Source of the DNA: Tubiluchus corallicola
Lineage: Eukaryota > Animalia > Priapulida
Length of the DNA stretch: 64,000 bases
Assembly (NCBI GenBank): GCA_030141605.1
Contig: JAQGDQ010000259.1
Span: 257,359 to 321,358 of the forward strand
Direction: 5' to 3'
Shown here piece after piece: positions 61,803 to 64,000 of this stretch. A program made the translations under genes and the position numbers. The notes under the pieces are model-generated. The model was not told where the DNA came from. It saw only the letters and a list, made by a program, of their open reading frames with translations, and searched no databases. Each line of letters begins with the position of its first letter. Positions within the stretch are counted from its first letter, which is position 1.

Positions 61803-62268
61803 CTGCCATTCTCTGTCTCTCGCTAACTCTCTCTCTCGCTCTGGACTCCTCCAGTTGTAAAATTAATTTGACTTTATCATCTGGGGGCAAACCCGTTAAA
61901 TCATACGTGCTTCTCTCATTACTAGTAGTTATTTGTGTGCTAGGATCGCTAAGCTGTTTTGTTGGTGTTTGGTGCAAGATAAGCTGTGGCGGACTCAAGT
62001 CGGGAGAGGGCGGCGCTAACCTCGTAGCTTGTGCTTTCTCGACTGTCTGTTGCACTGCTGACAACAATGTAGTGACGGGCGAAACCATTCCTTGTTGGGA
62101 TTCCGATGGCAATAGGCGCTGGGCCTGAATTTCTAATATTGTGTCAATAAGAACTACCCGCCTATTGGACAAAGAGATCATACCCAATGATCTAGCTATT
62201 TCTCGAAGCTCGGACATTGGCAAAATGTCCAACTGTTCTCTTGTATAAATATTGTCTTCGTCTCCCAT
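61762..62268 (-). CDS. Gag N-terminal frame (helix-extension-helix/Rho-N-like start), out of frame with the main ORF
   Basis: ATG at 62268 (AACATGG); EQLDILPMSELREIARSLGM..RRVVLIDTILE; the R/E-rich coiled coil continues in the +1 frame from the (AG)n run at 61837-61827. Confidence 0.8.
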   Translation of the reverse strand: MGDEDNIYTREQLDILPMSELREIARSLGMISLSNRRVVLIDTILEIQAQRLLPSESQQGMVSPVTTLLSAVQQTVEKAQATRLAPPSPDLSPPQLILHQTPTKQLSDPSTQITTSNERSTYDLTGLPPDDKVKLILQLEESRARERVSERQRMAGARIRDKGTSTGA

Positions 62269-62674
62269 GTTTATTAATGTAGTATTATAATACTGTGAGT
62301 GTGAATAAATTTATTATTCGACTTTTGCCAAGCAATGTCAACCGTGCGAATTGTTTAAATTGTGTAATTCGCGACAGCGGATTCTGCACAACTCTTGGCT
62401 TCTATAACTGCAACAAGATTTTGCTATGGAAGCCACGAGAACAAAGTACGTTAAAGCGCAGCAAAAATTTCGTATTATCGTAATACTGCACAAAGTTATA
62501 ACAACTAAACCTGTTATACGTTCAGCGTAATGTTAGAGAACTGAAATATAAGTGTAAAGTGACCTAGTTTCTCGCACCTACTTTCTTGTGCGAGTGCTAA
62601 ATTTCTTCCCAAGGTCTTTGTATTAAACTTAAATTTTTGAAATAAACGCACAGAGTAGAAAACCTGATTAAATC

Positions 62675-62693
62675 AATCCCACCGCTGCCACCA
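62675..62693 (-). other. Primer binding site complementary to the tRNA-Leu 3' end
   Basis: TGGTGGCAGCGGTGGGATT lies 2 nt after the 5' LTR; its complement AATCCCACCGCTGCCA-CCA matches the remembered 3' end of metazoan tRNA-Leu (AAG/TAG). Confidence 0.88.
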
Positions 62694-62695
62694 TC

Positions 62696-64000
62696 TGTAA
62701 TGGCCCGTGCGTACAGGGGCAGACCATAGGGGCCAATTAATGGTAGTCGCTGCTAAGTTCGATCAGTTCCTTGGCCGAGCTAGGGGCACTAACCGACTGC
62801 CCACTAAAGAAACAGACAATAGCTGAGCGTAGGCAGACTCTACGGGGGCTCTACCTAAATAGCATGGATTCTTTTGTGGTGGGATTGATCAAAAACAGGC
62901 TTTCCATCTATACCCTAAAAGCCAAACTGTAACCAGTCGAATAAATGACATAATATTAAGTTTAATGACACAAACAAAAACAGTTGTATAATTGAGCTTT
63001 TTGTGAACAATGGAAATTAGTAATAAACAAAAGCTAATCTGAAAACGCTACTAAACAGCATGGCATGAAATAAATGTAATGACAAAACATACAAAAATCA
63101 TACAGTTTTCCTAACTATTTAAAGGGTTCCTACTTACTCTACCAGCCACCCCAAAATGCGTACGCTAGCATAATATCTTCTCCAGACAAGTGTAGTTTGC
63201 GGTCAGAGTCCTTTAGAACGACTGAAGTATGGTTCTGACTTCATGTAACAGGTTCACGACTCCCACAGTAACGACGCAAAAAGTCTGAGAGAAACGTAGC
63301 TAAATGTTTCAACGTAAGTCTAACAAAAGGGTGACGTGTGAACGGAGCTGTAGGCATACATGCGCTCGGAAATTCACATCAAAACAAGTTCTCCCTCAGG
63401 CGCCAATTAACGATAACGTAAATAAACAGGTACCTGTGCTTCCCGGTTTATTGGCATAAAGTTCCTACCCGGGCAGTGACGACTTCTCCGTCCCATGCGA
63501 TGGACTATCGAGCTGGGCACCTTTCCAACTGCACGACGGTGCTCTCACATGATCCGAGACGACATCTTCCCAGCATGGTAAGATCAGCAAAGCCATGTAA
63601 ACCAATGAGTGGACATCTTCCACCACCACAAATAGATCATTAGCTTTCAAACGTCAGCTAATAGACAATCAGGTAAAACGTAAAAACGCAGTTTCACCAA
63701 CCAAACTCAAGTTGCATATCCTCCGTGAAATCTGTGTCATGAACGTACAGAAATCTATGCGTTTGGCTTCAATCCGATTAAATGCACAAACGTACAGTTA
63801 CACGTTTAACCCAACCCAGGGGGGGGGATAACCTTCCCTAAACTAACAAATAGTATTACCTAGTTGATCATAACAATCTAGAAACAATTTACATTTAGTG
63901 AACATAAGTAAAGGGAAGCTGGTGTCAAAATATGAAAATAAAGCTTAATGTTTATCTGCAAGTTAAAGTACGGCTCTATGATTTAACCTGGGTCCTTACA
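62696..64000 (-). repeat. 5' LTR (1305 bp); the window ends exactly at its terminus
   Basis: TGTAATGGCCC...GGGTCCTTACA; by eye 6 substitutions and 2 homopolymer indels versus the other LTR. Confidence 0.97.

Larger units (their letters stand above)
55740..64000 (-). mobile_element. Full-length Ty3/Gypsy LTR retrotransposon, Gmr1-like clade (gag-PR-IN-RT-RH)
   Basis: Two ~1.3-kb TG...CA LTRs, tRNA-Leu PBS, polypurine tract and a 1485-codon open polyprotein with integrase upstream of RT. Confidence 0.97.

Noticed and set aside
58841-62128. Plus-strand ORFs antisense to gag-pol
   Set aside because: Shadow frames of a long coding region; no motifs.
62675-62693. tRNA-Leu gene
   Set aside because: Only the 3' 19 nt including CCA, adjacent to an LTR: a primer binding site.

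Overview
AT-rich, intron-rich eukaryotic DNA, most consistent with an invertebrate animal; nothing prokaryotic (no operons or CRISPR). I reconstructed four spliced genes by hand, with GT-AG boundaries and matching phases: the last 6 exons of an active myotubularin of the MTMR1/2 class (+, 372-6778); a complete 3-exon mitochondrial IF-3 (-, 9064-12139); a complete 12-exon C18orf63/DUF4708 homolog with a Ku70-type SAP-like C-terminus (+, 14274-23102); and 34 exons (~1376 aa) of MROH1 (-, 24256-53903; N-terminus outside the window). The last 8.26 kb (55740-64000) is a young, full-length Gmr1-type Ty3/Gypsy LTR retrotransposon (order PR-IN-RT-RH, tRNA-Leu PBS). It is inserted into a 39-bp minisatellite that appears to be a tandem, in-frame amplification of an MROH1 exon end plus its splice donor. 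MROH1 also has a U12-type intron and an intronic H/ACA-like structured RNA candidate. Introns hold many MITEs, L2/CR1/Rex-type LINE relics and a tRNA-derived SINE. Family assignments rest on remembered motifs, not database searches.
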